A stretch of 64,000 nucleotides of DNA, from contig NC_087437.1 in the NCBI RefSeq assembly GCF_036321535.1, positions 10,852,001 to 10,916,000 of the forward strand, written 5' to 3'. The position numbers and the translations under genes were made by a program. Source of the DNA: Camelus dromedarius. Taxonomy: Eukaryota. Below are positions 13,441 through 26,269 of the stretch, piece by piece; position 1 is the first letter of the stretch; the number at the start of each line of letters is the position of its first letter. The notes beneath the pieces were generated by a model. That model made no database searches. It saw nothing but the letters and a program-made list of their open reading frames with translations, and was not told the DNA's origin.

Positions 13441-14166
13441 TCCCCTGAGGAGCGGGTAAGAACTACGTTGGTCATACTTTTTGATATCATTGGGCTGTCT
13501 CTTGGCTTTCTGAGGAGCTAACCTTCATTCTCATCCACATGCCTGAGAGGAAATTAGCATTGGCTGCGGAAGGAAATCCAGTAGAAAACCCAAGGTAGGT
13601 AACTGACTTTCCTGGTAATGACTGTTGAATTAACTTTTCAACACGATGGCTCTCAAACCACATTTTGAACCATAGCTTGGTCTTTTTTTTTCTTTCTTTC
13701 TTTTTTTCCCAGTACCACTTTTCCCTTGTATCCGACAGCACACTAAATAAATTGAAATCAATGGTATTTTGACCTCCGGGCAGGCAAAAACGCATCAGCA
13801 GTTTAGTCAACACAACAGCGTCTCGTCAGAGTTTTACAGGGGACACATGTGAATTGTGCACCGCGTCTGCATGGACCCGCCTTGCTGGGAGACGTGAACC
13901 GGGCCGGAAGATGCCAGCCAGCACCACCTAGACTCCAGGGTTCGTGTTACAACTGCACAATTCACACGTTTCCAAGAATCCTCACTCAGTCTTTATTTCT
14001 CCCTAACAATGTTTATCTGTGTATTCCTTGAAGTGCAGCTTGAGAGCAAAGTAATTGTGAACCCAAAGGTGTCATGAAAAGTTAATGCAGAAAGAAGGGT
14101 GAGTTTGCAAGGCTTTTCCCTCAACCTCTCTTACTCTTTTGGTGAGTTTTAAAATAAACAAAACCC

Positions 14167-14490
14167 ATCTAAAAAAACAAAACAAAACAAAACATAAAAT
14201 ACAAAACAGAAACAGACTCATAGACATAGAATACAAACTTGTGGTTGCCAAGGGGGCTGGGGGTGGGAAGGGACAGACTGGGAGTTCAAAATGTAGAATA
14301 GATAAACAAGATGGTACTGTGTAGCACACAGAAATATACACAAGATCTTGTGGTGGCTCACAGCGAAAAAAAATGTGACAATGAATATATGTATGTTCCT
14401 GTATAACTGAAAAATTGTGCTCTACACTGAAATTTGACACCACATTGTAAAATGACTATAACTCAAAAAAATGTTAAAAATAAATAAACA

Positions 14491-14536
<46 letters not shown>
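14167..14536 (+). mobile_element. Young lineage-specific L1 3' end with (TAAA)n tail
   Basis: AAACAGAAACAGACTCATAGACATAG...TTGACACCACATTGTAAAATGACTATAACTCAA; TSD AAACAAAACCC (14156-14166 / 14537-14547). Confidence 0.85.
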
Positions 14537-14537
<1 letters not shown>

Positions 14538-15559
14538 AACAAAACCCTTTGTCACCTTACAGCCTACGTACGAACTAGACATACAGACCTTCGTGTGTTG
14601 TTTATTACTTGTATGTACTTATTTTTATTGTTCAATTGCTAGAGGTTTCTACCCGTGAAAATTGTTCAAGTCTCTTGAATTGGGAGAAAATACATCATGA
14701 TTTTTTTCCCATGAAAAAAATTGTTTTCATTAATGATTTTTCCCTTAGTAGCAAAATTTCAGAAGTGAATTAGGTGGCTCAGCAGAGGTAGGGGGGCTTA
14801 GCTGTCTGAATTTCAAAACTGGGGTTCTGCAGCCTGCCGATGCTGGTGAATCGTCTGAATCCCTGAGTCACTCCTGGCGTCTCTCCGCATCCACACAGAA
14901 GGGGCAGGTAGAAGATCAGCGCCTCTTTGGCTCCTTCCCAGCGCGGGGAGGGAAAGGAGGAAAGAAGAGAGAGACTAAGACGCATAAAGAAGGCCATTTC
15001 CCCTCACAGGCTGTGGCTTAGAGCCACCAGGCAGAGGGGCCCTCGAAGAAAACCAGGCCAGGCCAGAAGGAAAGACGGCACGGTGGTTAGCGCCCCCGCG
15101 GCGTCCTCAGATGGCACGGCCCCGAAGCCCACCTGGCAGGACCAGAGGGATGCTGCTCCGGGGTCCCAGATCCCCCGTCACAGCAGCACAGACCTCAGAG
15201 GACCAGGAGGGAAAGGACCTCGCCCTGAGGACCCCGCCTGCAGGGCAATCCCTCAGCGTCCCTCAGCGGATGTTCACGATGTGATGTGCGCGGACCTCCC
15301 TGGCTCTTTCTCTGCCCCTGATCGACAGTCGACGCCCCCCGGACAGCGCCCCTGCCCGGTGACTACAGACTCTGAGCCCACAAGTGCAGGGCAGCGGGGG
15401 TGTCCAGGGAGAGTGCGGGATGGGACCAGCAAAGTCCAGCTCCAGGAGCGGGGCGAGGAGAGTGACCCGGATCTCAGTCAGCAGAGATGCTGGGGGCAGG
15501 TGTGTGTGTGTGGAGGTGGGGTGGGGAGGGAGGGTGAATTAAAAATGGTCTAGGAAACA

Positions 15560-15905
15560 AATCCACCACTTGCAATGCATGGACCTTACTTGGGTTCTCT
15601 TTTTAAACACTCTGTGTTTAAAAAAATTTTTTCTTAGACAATAAGACAGTCAGGGAGATTGAATAATTTTAAGGAATCGTTCATTGTCTTTGGTGTGATA
15701 ATAGTATGGTGATTATGTCTTTTAAAAGCATCCTTAGAGATACATCCTGAAACATTTGTGGATGAAATGATACAGTATCTGGGATTTGCTTCAGAGTGTC
15801 AGACGGCGGGAAGCTGATAGGAGAACAGATGAAACACCATGGGCTGTGTGTTCCGAGAGTCAGGATACTGTTTGGACTACTTTTCATTATGTTCGAGGTT
15901 TCCCG
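15560..15905 (+). mobile_element. Ancient L1 (L1MC/ME-type) 3' UTR fragment
   Basis: GGTGTGATAATAGTATGGTGATTATG...GATGAAATGATACAGTATCTGGGATTTGCTTCA. Confidence 0.7.
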
Positions 15906-16809
15906 TAGTACAGTGTAAGGAAAGGCAGGAAAGAGGGCGGCGGGAGGGAATGGGGCTCCCAAGTGGAATAGATGCCTTCAGGACTGGGGACAGTGAGGAA
16001 ACCCCCCCCCCCCGCCCCACACCACACACACACACAAGGGGAAGGAAGCGGGGCGGGGTGGGGGGTGTCTGCAAGTAAGGGGGTCACACTCAGGGCCCAC
16101 CAGTTGGAGGACAGGAGACAGGGTGCACGTGTGAGCTCTGGCTGTGGGGTTGACCCTAAGAGCCAGCGGAGCGGGGAGGGGTTTGGAGCAGCTGGAAACG
16201 GGTGTTCAGCGGTCCCTCTTCTGCCCATGAATCCAGGCGACAGCTTGGTCTGAATTGTTTGCATTATTATCTGTACCTGCTGGGACCACCAGGGCAACCC
16301 AGATGGAGCCAAAGAAATAAAACACAGATAAAGATTTACAAGGCCTGGGGGAATTAGGTACAACTGCAGAGGATGTGGGGAGAGGCTTGGAGGGGCAGGG
16401 CAGGAAGGAGGGGAGAGGGAGGAAGAGGAGGGGTAGTTAATTTTGCTCCCTGACTAAGAGAGTGCAGCACAGAGCCTGGAAGGCGAGCGTGCTGTCCAGG
16501 AGTCCCACCTGGAAATCTTACGTCTGGAGTTGGTTTAAAATAAACGCTGATGAAAGTTTGTCCTGTTTTGGTTTCTGCTATTAATAGATTTAGGATTCGT
16601 TCACTACCTGTTCCTAGGAAGGAATTCTGAGACTCCACTAATATTAATTTACAAATTTTCTTGAGAAATGTTTAGGTCTTGAAACCTCAATTAAGTCTTC
16701 CAGCCCTGGAAAAAGTTGCTGCTAAGTCTGGTTAACATGATGATGTTAGCACAGGCTCCAAAGGGTGTTTTAAACATCAAGATAATAGAGAAAAAGAAAT
16801 TAAGGGAGA

Positions 16810-17125
16810 CCGTAAGTTTATTTTCTGTCTGTGACTCTGTTTCTGTTTTGTAAATAAGTTCATTTTACCAGGGAGGGAAAAAGGGTGGGAAGGGATAAAC
16901 TGGGAGTTCAGGATTTGCAGATGCTAATAGCTATATATGAGATAGGTCAACAAGGTCCTACTGTACAGCACAGGGAACTCTATTCTCTATCTTGTAGTAA
17001 CCTATAATGACAAAGAATATGAAAAGGAATATATGTATGTGTATGTATGACTGAAACATTATGCTGTGCACCAGAAATTGACACAACGTTGAAGACTGAC
17101 TATACTACAGTAAAAAAGAAAAAAA
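16810..17125 (+). mobile_element. Young L1 3' end with 5' inversion
   Basis: 16810-16864 is the reverse complement of the L1 segment that precedes TTACCAGGG... in the 52731-52790 copy. TSD AAAGAAATTAAGGGAGA / AAAGAAAGAAAGGGAGA. Confidence 0.85.
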
Positions 17126-17829
17126 AAAGAAAGAAAGGGAGAAATTATTTTTCCATCTACATGTTACCTGGCCTGAAAAATCTAGGGCTCAAGACCTTGA
17201 GATGGACAGAAAATGAGCTTGGGAACCACCTACCCTAAGAGACATCAAACGTGCTCACAAAGCACAAGGGAGGGAGTTCTAGCAAAAAGAGGGTTCAAGG
17301 TCACAAAATAATGTTGAGTGTCCACCTTGGGAGAGGCAGACTTTGCTTTCCTTTGACACCAACGTACCAATTGCATGATCTTCTTTCTGATTTTTCAGAG
17401 AGAGTGACCCTTCCCTGAACCTTTGATGGGAAGAGTCCGGCATATGGCTTTGCCTTCCCTCTGTGGGGGGACCTCACCTGCAACGGCAGTGACAGCGCTG
17501 GGGCTGTGACAGCCTTTACAGGTCCAGTGCGCTGGGGGTTTGAAGTGCAGCCTGATTCTTCTGGCCCAAGCTGAGCACCTAAAAGAGAGCCCTCGGTGGG
17601 TTTGGGATTCGGACAATGCTTCGTAGCCAGCACGGGTTTAGGGAGGCTATTTAACCTCCATGAGTTTATGAGAATTAAATGAGAAAATGTAGCTCAGACA
17701 TTTAGCCCAGCGTGTCAAGTGCTGAGTAAATGAGGTCTGCAGTTGGTGCTATTGCTCACTGCTCTTTTTGCCAGCATTATTTTTTACAGGCTTCACGAAT
17801 GAGCTGGCAGTGCTAGCACAGACTCCGGC

Positions 17830-18030
17830 CAGGATCTGACGAGGCCAAAATAAAAGCAGACGCGCAGCCCAGCCAGGGAGGCTGCGCCGCCGACAGGCCG
17901 TGCGGCCCGGGCTCCCGGCCGCCTCGGCTCCTCTCGGCTCTGCTGAGAAAGAGCGTGTGGATAAAGCTGCTTGAGCTGGGTGCCGGCTGTGTGCCCCAGC
18001 GTGGGGCCGGCCCCCCGGAGTGGTGTTTTC
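17830..18030. promoter_or_regulatory. Short CpG-rich non-repeat segment (candidate regulatory element)
   Basis: Dense CpGs (GACGCGCAG...GCGCCGCCGACAGGCCGTGCGGCCCGGGCTCCCGGCCGCCTCGG) in otherwise CpG-poorer DNA. Confidence 0.35.
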
Positions 18031-19784
18031 TAAGCTGTGGGTGGCCAGTCTGCATAAAAATATACCTGTCTGTCAAATCAGGTGTTTTCCTCTGGGGCTG
18101 CTTTGGGCCTGTTGAGGAAATTCTCCTGATGGGTCGGTGGGCTTGCATTTGAGAAAGGGGGAGCTGGCTTCCAGGCCAGGCAAGTGAGCGGGAACCGGCC
18201 CCCCACCACCAATGCAGGGGGCAGGCGGGGGGGGGGGGCAGGGGTGCCAGTTTCTGTGGATTTGTCATATGCTGTCATTTTGTAACATACAAAGGAGTCT
18301 GAATCTGGTGATTTTACTTCACTAAAGAAGGCAAAGCAAAGAAAATGAGTTGGGGGTGCAGAGGTGGGGAGGGGGTGCAGCTGGATCAATACAGAAAAAC
18401 CCTGCCCCTCCTCGCCTTCCAGAGTGGGCTCAAAGCCAGTGTGGATGGTGATGCCCAGAGACCCCAGCTGAGGTGCTGGGGCGGAGGGGCTCTGTGTGGA
18501 GCAGGTGAGAGGCCCCGAGCCGAGGGTCACCGCCCACTGGGTCGGGAGGCTCCTGTGTTCTCAGGGAGCAGCCCCAGAAGAGCACACAGTAGGGGTGCCC
18601 CACTCCACCCCATCCAGCTGCTCTGCTCAGGGTCAGAGGGAAAGGCAAGGGGGACCCCGGCTTTCTGTTCTAAAATGTTCTAGGAAAGTCACGTTTCCAG
18701 CCTGAGTAGGGTTCCTGTTGTGAAAATGAGCTTACACTGGGCTTGTTTAAACTTTTAGAAATAAAACTTCTCAAGAAATTTGGAGTTAAAGAGGAAAAGG
18801 TTGCTCCCTGCAGAGGGTGGCGGGGTGAGGTCAGGGAGCCACGTGGAATTTGGACAGGAGACTGGACCGCGGGGTCGGTTTTCATCCTGCAAACCACCCT
18901 CTCCTAAAACTGACAGCTCATCACCCGCTCCCTGGGCAGCGAGCTCCTCTCACTTCAAGCTCTCACAAATGAAAAGAAACAGGGCTATCACCTTTTTATG
19001 GAGGAAGTGAAAAATGTCTGGGGTAGGTCATTTGAGCACAAACCAGAATTCACCAGGTGATTTTATATCATTTCCATAAACTTTTATTGAATTAAGATAA
19101 TCGTGTTTTGAACTTATATGTCGCATTTCTTTACAATGAACAGAGCACACTCATATATCTCCTTGATTTGCCAAAATCCCTGTGAAGTAAGATCTATCAG
19201 GCATGATCATTCTTATAAAACAAAATCTACATATTCAATGTTTTTGCCTTTCTCTTTAGTCCGAGATATGCTTGAGCCCTGTAAGAAATTCTTTTATTCA
19301 CAAAAGAATCCCCTTGTAACTGTTAGAAGCGCTTTAGTTGTACTGTGCGACGCTGCTCTGTAACCTCCCTCTGGCTTCGCGAATTCCGGCTTTGATGCTG
19401 CAGCTTCTGAAATCCTACTTTCTCTGTTTAAACACCAGTTTCAAAAATAATCTTTTTGAATATTTAAAAGATCAGAAGAACTGTCTAAACCCCTCTCTAA
19501 GACAGGAACGTGACTGAGTGTCAATCCCCCTCTTCAACAGATGCCCCCAAACTTTAAAAGAAACTTCTTGTCTTTTCATTATGAAGAAGAAATTACTATT
19601 GGACACGATTCCGGTTACTTTAGGGAGAAATTTAGAAAGTTGTAGCATTTTTCCCTCTTTGGGGTTTTGTCAGAGGAGGGAAAAAAAAAAAAGATGTTAT
19701 TAATAGAAGTGGCTGCTATCACAATCATCAAAGATTATGGGGCGTGGGGTGTAAGTTTGAGTGCAAGTGCGTTCTTAAAGAGTG

Positions 19785-20495
19785 CTTTTTAAAAATCAAG
19801 GTACAATTCACATATGACAAAGTTCACCTTCTTAAAGTGCACAATTCAGTGGGTTTTAGTATGAAGTTGTGCAACCATTACCACTATCTAATTCCAAGAC
19901 ATTCCATTATTCCACAAAGAAACCCCACATCCACTTAGCAGTTACTCTCCATCCACCCGCACCCCAGGACCCTGAAAATCGCTCACCCACTTCCTGTCTC
20001 TATGAATTTGCCTATTAGGGGCATTTCATATACGTGGAGTTACACACAACGTGTTTTTTTCTATCTGGTTTCTTTCACATAGCATGCCCACATCGTAGCG
20101 AAGATCAGGACTTCATCCCATTTTATGCTAAGTCATGTTCTATGGTGCAGTTGGACCATATTTTATTTATCTCTTTATCAGTTGACAGACAGGTGGGTTG
20201 CTTCCACTTTGTGTCTATTGTGAATAATAATGCTGTGAGCATTCATGTACAAGGTTTTGTGTGCATATCTTGTTTTCAATTCGTCAACTAGACGCGTTGG
20301 AATTGCTGGATCATATGGTAACCATGTTTAACTGTCTGAGTAACTTCCAGTAACTTCCAGTAACTGTTTGAGTAACTGCAACATTTTACATTCCCACCAG
20401 CAGAGTCTGGTTTCCAGTGTCTCCACACCCTTGCCAACACTTAAGTTCTGATTGTAGCCATCTTAGTGAGTGTGAAGGTCATATCTCATTGTGTA
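19785..20495 (-). mobile_element. Old L1 (L1MB-type) 3' end
   Basis: ACAATTCACATATGACAAAGTTCACC...TTGTGAATAATAATGCTGTGAGCATTCATGTACAAG...CATTCCCACCAGCAG. Confidence 0.85.
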
Positions 20496-20828
20496 GATTA
20501 TCAGTGAAGGTTTGCAAATAGGATGTGATTGTTTTTTCCCCAGAAGACCAAACATCTGCTGCTTCATTGTTACAGCGCCTGCAACTTATTTTTAAACCTT
20601 TCATTTAAGCAGCGCAACATGTGTCTTCTGTGTCGATTACGACATAAAAACAAGTGAATGACTAATAGATCACAAAGACAACTGTCCTCTTGGGCACCAC
20701 TTCCTTTACTCTCATCTCAGCCACAGCCCTAAATGCGCCTGCCAGCCCCTCCCACTGTCAGCAGGACAACCACAGGGTGACCCGAACTCTGTTTAGCCAG
20801 GGGGAAAAAGGGCAGATCTTAGCACTGC

Positions 20829-21419
20829 TGTTACAGGGCTGTTGCCCCCAGGATCACACCCCTGCCCCTCCCTTGAATGGAAGCCAATTACTCTCATCTA
20901 AGTTTCAGGAGGTGGCTGCCAAGAAAAAAGGACAAGAGCCAGTCAGAACCAACTAGACCCAAGATGGCAGAGGATTTGGCTTCCAGTTGACCTTGAACCT
21001 CATTATGTGCTCATTGTAATACATTAGCCTGATAAATGACACAGCCCCCAGCACCATGACTGCTGGAAAAGCCCATGCAAGGACTGAAAAGAAGAGTTGC
21101 ATGAGTTCCAGGTCCAAACCACTCCCCTGTTCTCGGAAAAGTTATGAATATTCCTCCCACTCTTTCCAATTCTCCCTTTTACTTTGACCCTCCCATATAT
21201 TTGGTGTCTCTGCCTGAACTGGGTTGAGAAGCTGATTTGCAAACGAGGCTCCCACTTCTCCCCTCGGGCCGCTGAATACAGCTGTGCTGTTCCAGTCCAG
21301 CACTGGTTCCGTTATGGGCTGCAAGAATCTGAGGGGAAAAGAGCCTCCCTGGCCCGGACAGAGGGTCCCGGCCCCAGGCCGGGACCCTGGCGAGGGTCCG
21401 GAGGACTGATTTGGTAACA
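20829..21419 (+). mobile_element. ERV1 solo LTR, MER41-like
   Basis: TGTTAC...GTAACA termini with an exact 4-bp TSD CTGC (20825-20828 / 21420-21423). Internal CCAAGATGGC...CTCATT...TAATACATTAGC...CCATGAC...GGAAAAGTTATGAATATTCCTCCC recalls MER41. Poly(A) signal degenerate (AATACA). Confidence 0.8.
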
Positions 21420-22619
21420 CTGCCTCCGCCCCCGGCTCGGCTCTGCTTCGAGCCCACCCTGGCTGAGAGGTGCCTGCGTCTGCAGGGGGTCGGGAGCTGG
21501 AGCAGGACTCAAACCCTCTGCGGGTTCCACCCACGTCAAGGCAGCGGGCGGGCTTTCTCTCTCTGGGCTTCTGCTGCTTGGCTTCCCCTTTCGATGCCCA
21601 AACATCCTGCCGAAACTCCAAGACTTGGACTCCCTCCTGGAGATGGGCTAGTCTTCCTCAGCCCACAACAGTGTCGTCTTCATCCATTTTCAACGGGTTC
21701 AAAGTTGAATAGCCCTGAGTCAGCCATTCAAGTGCTCAGAGGTGGAACTGTCCCTGTGTCTCCTATTAAAATGCACTCAGTTCTAGAGTGCTTGTTTGTG
21801 CTAAAGGTAGGAAACCTAATCTTGTTGATTCAAGACAACTGGTGCTTCCAGCGCCAAAATTATGCCCTCTTGGGTAGCTGCGCCTCAGGTGATGTTAAGT
21901 GCTTGGAGGCTGTCCCCGTCCCCGCCAGCCTCTGCGGTGGGACCTGCAAGGCTGTGGGCCAGCGATCAGGCCCAGGCACTCAGTGTTCCTGCCCCCACCA
22001 CAGGTCACGGCTGGGCCACTGGGACTGTCTGCAGAGGAATGCCCGGGACCACACAGAGCTCTCTCCAGTGGGATTCTCTGGGGTTGGGGGCTAGTGTCTC
22101 CGGCCACAGCCCGGAGAGGCAGGCGGTTACAGCTTTGCTCTCAAGTCCCCAGACCTGTCCGAGGTGTCCATCCCCCCACCTGCACCTGTCTCTGGGGGCT
22201 CACTCTGAAGCAGAATCCCAGGACCCCAGGCCTTCTCAGGGACCCCCCACGAGGTTCAGGCACTGATCTCTGTGAGTCATCCTCTCCAAAGGCAGGAAAG
22301 CTGTGTTTCCATTCCCACTGCTCCAGGATGCTGGACCTAGACCAGTGGTTCTGGACATGTGCTCCCTGGCCCAGCCCCAGCAGCGCCTTGACCACCAAGG
22401 CAGACGTGCTGGAGGGGCCGGAGTCCAAGGGTGGACCTGTCTGAAGTGCTCCCAGCAGGAGTCTGGGCACTGCTGTGCTGCTTCGTGTGTGACCACCACA
22501 TCCAGGTCCTGAGAGCTTAAACCAGCTCTTTTCTTTCCTAAGGACTAGGATTTCATAACTTCTTTCTGCTTTCAGTATTCTAAGGCCCAGCCGAGAGCCA
22601 GCACAAAGCCCCACTTCGC

Positions 22620-22775
22620 TTTTTGACAGCCTGATGGGGAGGTAACTGACCACAACCAACTGCAAGTAAGTCAGGTGTACCATTTGATAAGCGTTGACTT
22701 ATATAAGCATCCGGGAAACCGTCTCCACAATCACGATGATAAACCTACCCCCATCACCACAAGCAGTTCCACGTG
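22620..22775 (-). mobile_element. Old L1 3' end fragment
   Basis: GGTAACTGAC...AACTGCA...GGTGTACCATTTGATAAGCGTTGAC...CCCATCACC. Confidence 0.55.
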
Positions 22776-23625
22776 ATCAGGTCTAGTTTTGAAGGCTTTC
22801 TCCTTCCACGCAGGACGAACCTGAGCCGATCTCCAGTTTTCATGGTAAGGGGCTCCTGGGGCAGGAGGCGGGAGGAGCTGCCAGGAAAGAAAAGCCACTG
22901 GGGAATAATTCAAACATCATCTCAGGACAGAGTCCCTCGGCACTGGTACTCTGGAGGGAGGACTGGATTCTTTGCGCCCCAGAGCACAGGACGGAAACCA
23001 CCCCTGACCCTGAGCTCAGGGTCAATTACAGCTGGGAGGTTCCTCAGCAGAGGGTGTGCTGAGGAGGGAAGTGCAGGGCAGCCAGCCTGGTCGGGGCTGG
23101 GAACTGGGGGGAAAGTTGAGCATTCAAACCTGGAGCTCAGGCTTGACGGGTCAGGGTCAGCTCCAGGCAGGGGAGGCTGCTTGTGCTCCAGGTGGCCTGG
23201 GAGTTCAGAGGCGGCCTTGGGGCCAAGGAACAAAGCCACCAGCCACCTCCACTGCCAGCAGTTCCACACTTTGTCATCAGTTACAGGCAGCTTTACCACT
23301 TCTCTTGTGTCACTCTTTAATTCCCGCAGTGTGGACTGAAGTTTTTAGTACCCATTACCGCTCTTTTCAGTTCAGGCTGCGGGCTCCCAAGCACAAAGTC
23401 TGCAACTTGGTGTGTAACGTCTGTCACAATTATTGGTTTCACTAAATTAAATTTACTCAGCTCTGAGTCCACCCCAACCTTTCAACGATGTGGAGAAATT
23501 CAGTCTCAGGCTCGAGGGTAACTGGGCCAGTCTCCCTGCTCCCCCGGGTCCTGTGAAGGAACCAAGGGTCTTGTACAATCTGGAACACGCATCACGGAAC
23601 CTCTGGTGTGGGGCTCTTAACTGAC

Positions 23626-23962
23626 TGTTGTGGAGTTGAATGTGCACCCCTCTCCCTGCCCATTCGGGCTGAAATCCTAACACCCAGTTGGGGTGGTGCT
23701 GGGAGGTGATGAGGTCACGAGGGTGCAGCCCTCCTGGTGGGATTAGTGCCCTTATAAAGGGACCCAGAGAGCTCTCCCACCCTCATCCTCCTGCCATGTG
23801 AGGAAGTCAGCTCTGTAACCAGGAAGCAGGCCCCCAGCCAGACACTGAATCTGCCAGCACCCTGACCTGACTTCCAGCCTCCAGGACTGAGAGAAATAAA
23901 TGCTTGTCATTGGAGCCACCCAGTCTCTGGCAGTTTGTGATAGCAGCCCCAAGACACAGACG
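23626..23962 (+). mobile_element. MaLR MLT1A-like LTR
   Basis: TGTTGTGGAGTTGAATGTG...GGGATTAGTGCCCTTATAAAG...GACTTCCAGCCTCCAGGACTGAGAGAAATAAATG; flanks CTGAC/ATGAC. Confidence 0.85.
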
Positions 23963-25934
23963 ATGACTCGTGAACCGGCTGTCAGAGTCAAGATGATCTT
24001 GAATACGGGAGGGTTCTGCCGACCCTGGCACAAGTTTGGACGCGGGGTCTCTGCTGAGACTGGGAGTCATGGTGCCTTGGAGCAAACTCCCTGGGTGCAC
24101 CCCAGAGCCTCTCCCTGGGACCCTGTGAGGAAACAGGTGTCCCTCGTGGATCCCTCTAAGGCATTATCCGCTTCCCAGTCTCTCCAACTCTCTCCCCAGT
24201 CTCTCCAACTCTCTCCCCAGGCTGGCCCCTTCCACCATCCCTCCGTCCCTTTCCCTCTGAGCAGGCTCTTCAGAACTTTCCCTAGATGGGCCTCTCCTTC
24301 TCGCTGGAGGTGAGGCTGAGATGCTGATGCTGGACAGCGTTTCCTGGAACCCATTTCATCACCCTTCCCGCAGTCAGTGCATTGTTCTCTGTCCTCGGGG
24401 AGCTAGCCTTTAACCCGGTTCCCTGGGCTCTGTCTGGGGGCCTTCCTTAGGATGGTAACTCCCACAGGCCAGGAGACAGGCTGGGTGGGGAACAGCGGCC
24501 TCCTTAGAGGGTCTCCTTCCTTCCGGCCTGGCCCCGTGGCCTCTGGAGGCTCCACTAGACAGGGAAGGAGTGACTGTCTTCAGCTGAAAAGCCCTTGGAT
24601 AAGGGTTCGGTCGAACCACTGAATCCTGACACAGCGACAGCCTCTGGCCCAGCACCTCCCAGACCCCAGAAGGGCCGCAGCGCTGTGACCACCTTCAGGG
24701 CCCCCGTGGGGTGTGGACCAGAAAAGCCCTCTTCATGCATTTGCATCAGAAGATACCTGTTTAATTGAAGCCCGTTCCTAACTTTTATTCAAGGCTCATC
24801 TCTGTGTTCCTCCAAATCTACCTACTCAGAGAGTGAAAACTACTGGGCGCTTCTGGAAGGACTCTTGGCTGCACGGGTGAGCTCGGCTGGCCCCTCTGGG
24901 CTGGGCTCCAGCGCACACAGGCCTCCACCTGCCCTCGCCCTGCGGGTCTGCACTCCCTCTGGGCACCGGAGCACCTCCCTCTTCTTGAGTCAGAACCTCC
25001 CAGTTTTTTGGCCCTTTCAGAGACTTTCCTTTTCTCTGACTCATCCCCTTCCTGAACATTACACACCACTCACTTTCTAAGCATTCTATCCAAGCATCCC
25101 TGACCCTCACAAGTCTATATTTGCAGAACTGGCCATGCTCCTGTAAGGCAGCTCTGATAAAACCCCACCTTGACTCGGATTATGTGAATGGGATCTTTCA
25201 GACAGTCTGGTGCCCGCCTCCCACTTTACCTAGAGGAAAAGGGGGCCCACGAAGACGAACGAACAGGTTTGTCCTGCCCGGTGGCCTTCCTCACGCAGGG
25301 CTCCTGCCACAGGCTGGACCAGGCCGCTGTCCTCAGACTCAGAGACATATGATTAGCCACAGAAGTGTATGGAGGGCCAGTTGGAGCTGGGGTCCCAGAA
25401 GCAGCGAGACGGGGGTGATGGGCGAGGGATTCACCACCCCGGTGCTCCCAGGGGGTGTGTGGAACTGATGGGAAGAGCAGCTCAAGGGAGGGGGATGCCC
25501 TGCCGGGGCGCCTCCCCAGACCTCAGCCTGACCCCGGGGGAGCTGCGGAGTGTAAGCAACCCTGAGTGCACTCACGGGGGGGCCAGGGAGTCAGCCCTCA
25601 CCCCTACACCATCAGTTCCGGGGACAGAAACTCCCATGAAACGTACACGTGGGGCATAAAGGAATCCATCCGTTTTTCCTGCTGTGTCATGTCGTGATGT
25701 GAACAGAAAATAATAGAAAAACTTCATTACTCTATGTACTTGGGGAGGGGTTCCAGTGGCCTCAGGGCAGCTTCCAGAAGAGATCACAGACCCCTGACGT
25801 TAACAACAAAGTTCTGTTGACATCGCTGTGGCCACAGGGCCTGGACGGGGCAGCAGGGGTCCCTGCGTTCACCCCCAGGGGCCAGCCCTGCCCCCAGGGG
25901 CTTCCAGGCCTTGGCCTTCCGTGTTACACGGCAC

Positions 25935-26075
25935 CCCATGGGGTTGAGATGGGTAATATTGCTTCGATTTTACAATAGAAGAGGCAATCAGGGTGCAGAG
26001 AAGTTAAAGCACCTGCCCAGAATCGCTCAGCTAGTGTCAGAGTTGAGTTTCCAATCAGATACTCAGCTCCCCACC
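25935..26075 (+). mobile_element. MIR SINE
   Basis: ATTTTACAATAGAAGAGGCAATCAGGGTGCAGAGAAGTTAAAGCACCTGCCCAGAATCGCTCAGCTAGT. Confidence 0.6.
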
Positions 26076-26202
26076 ACTCAGCAAGTCTCAGGATAGCGTG
26101 TAGGGTGACCCCTGGGGGAAAAGAAAACACACCTGGTTATTTGTAGTACATGTGGGTGGTAGGGCGGGGGATAACCTGTGCTGTGTTACACAAAAGAGTA
26201 CA

Positions 26203-26205
<3 letters not shown>

Positions 26206-26237
<32 letters not shown>
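26206..26237. repeat. (TG)n microsatellite
   Basis: Direct reading. Confidence 0.95.
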
Positions 26238-26239
<2 letters not shown>

Positions 26240-26269
26240 GATTCCATTTAAATGAAGCTCTAGAACAGA

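Noticed and set aside
14927..15553. 208-aa ORF
   Set aside because: Non-ATG start, low-complexity P/R/G/S composition and no recognisable homology.
21411..23445. Several overlapping 120-227-aa ORFs
   Set aside because: GC-rich DNA with ORFs in many frames on both strands; no recognisable domain or exon structure.
24174..24220. 21-bp tandem duplication (also short ones near 20340 and 61652)
   Set aside because: Ordinary slippage duplications without spacers; not CRISPR-like.
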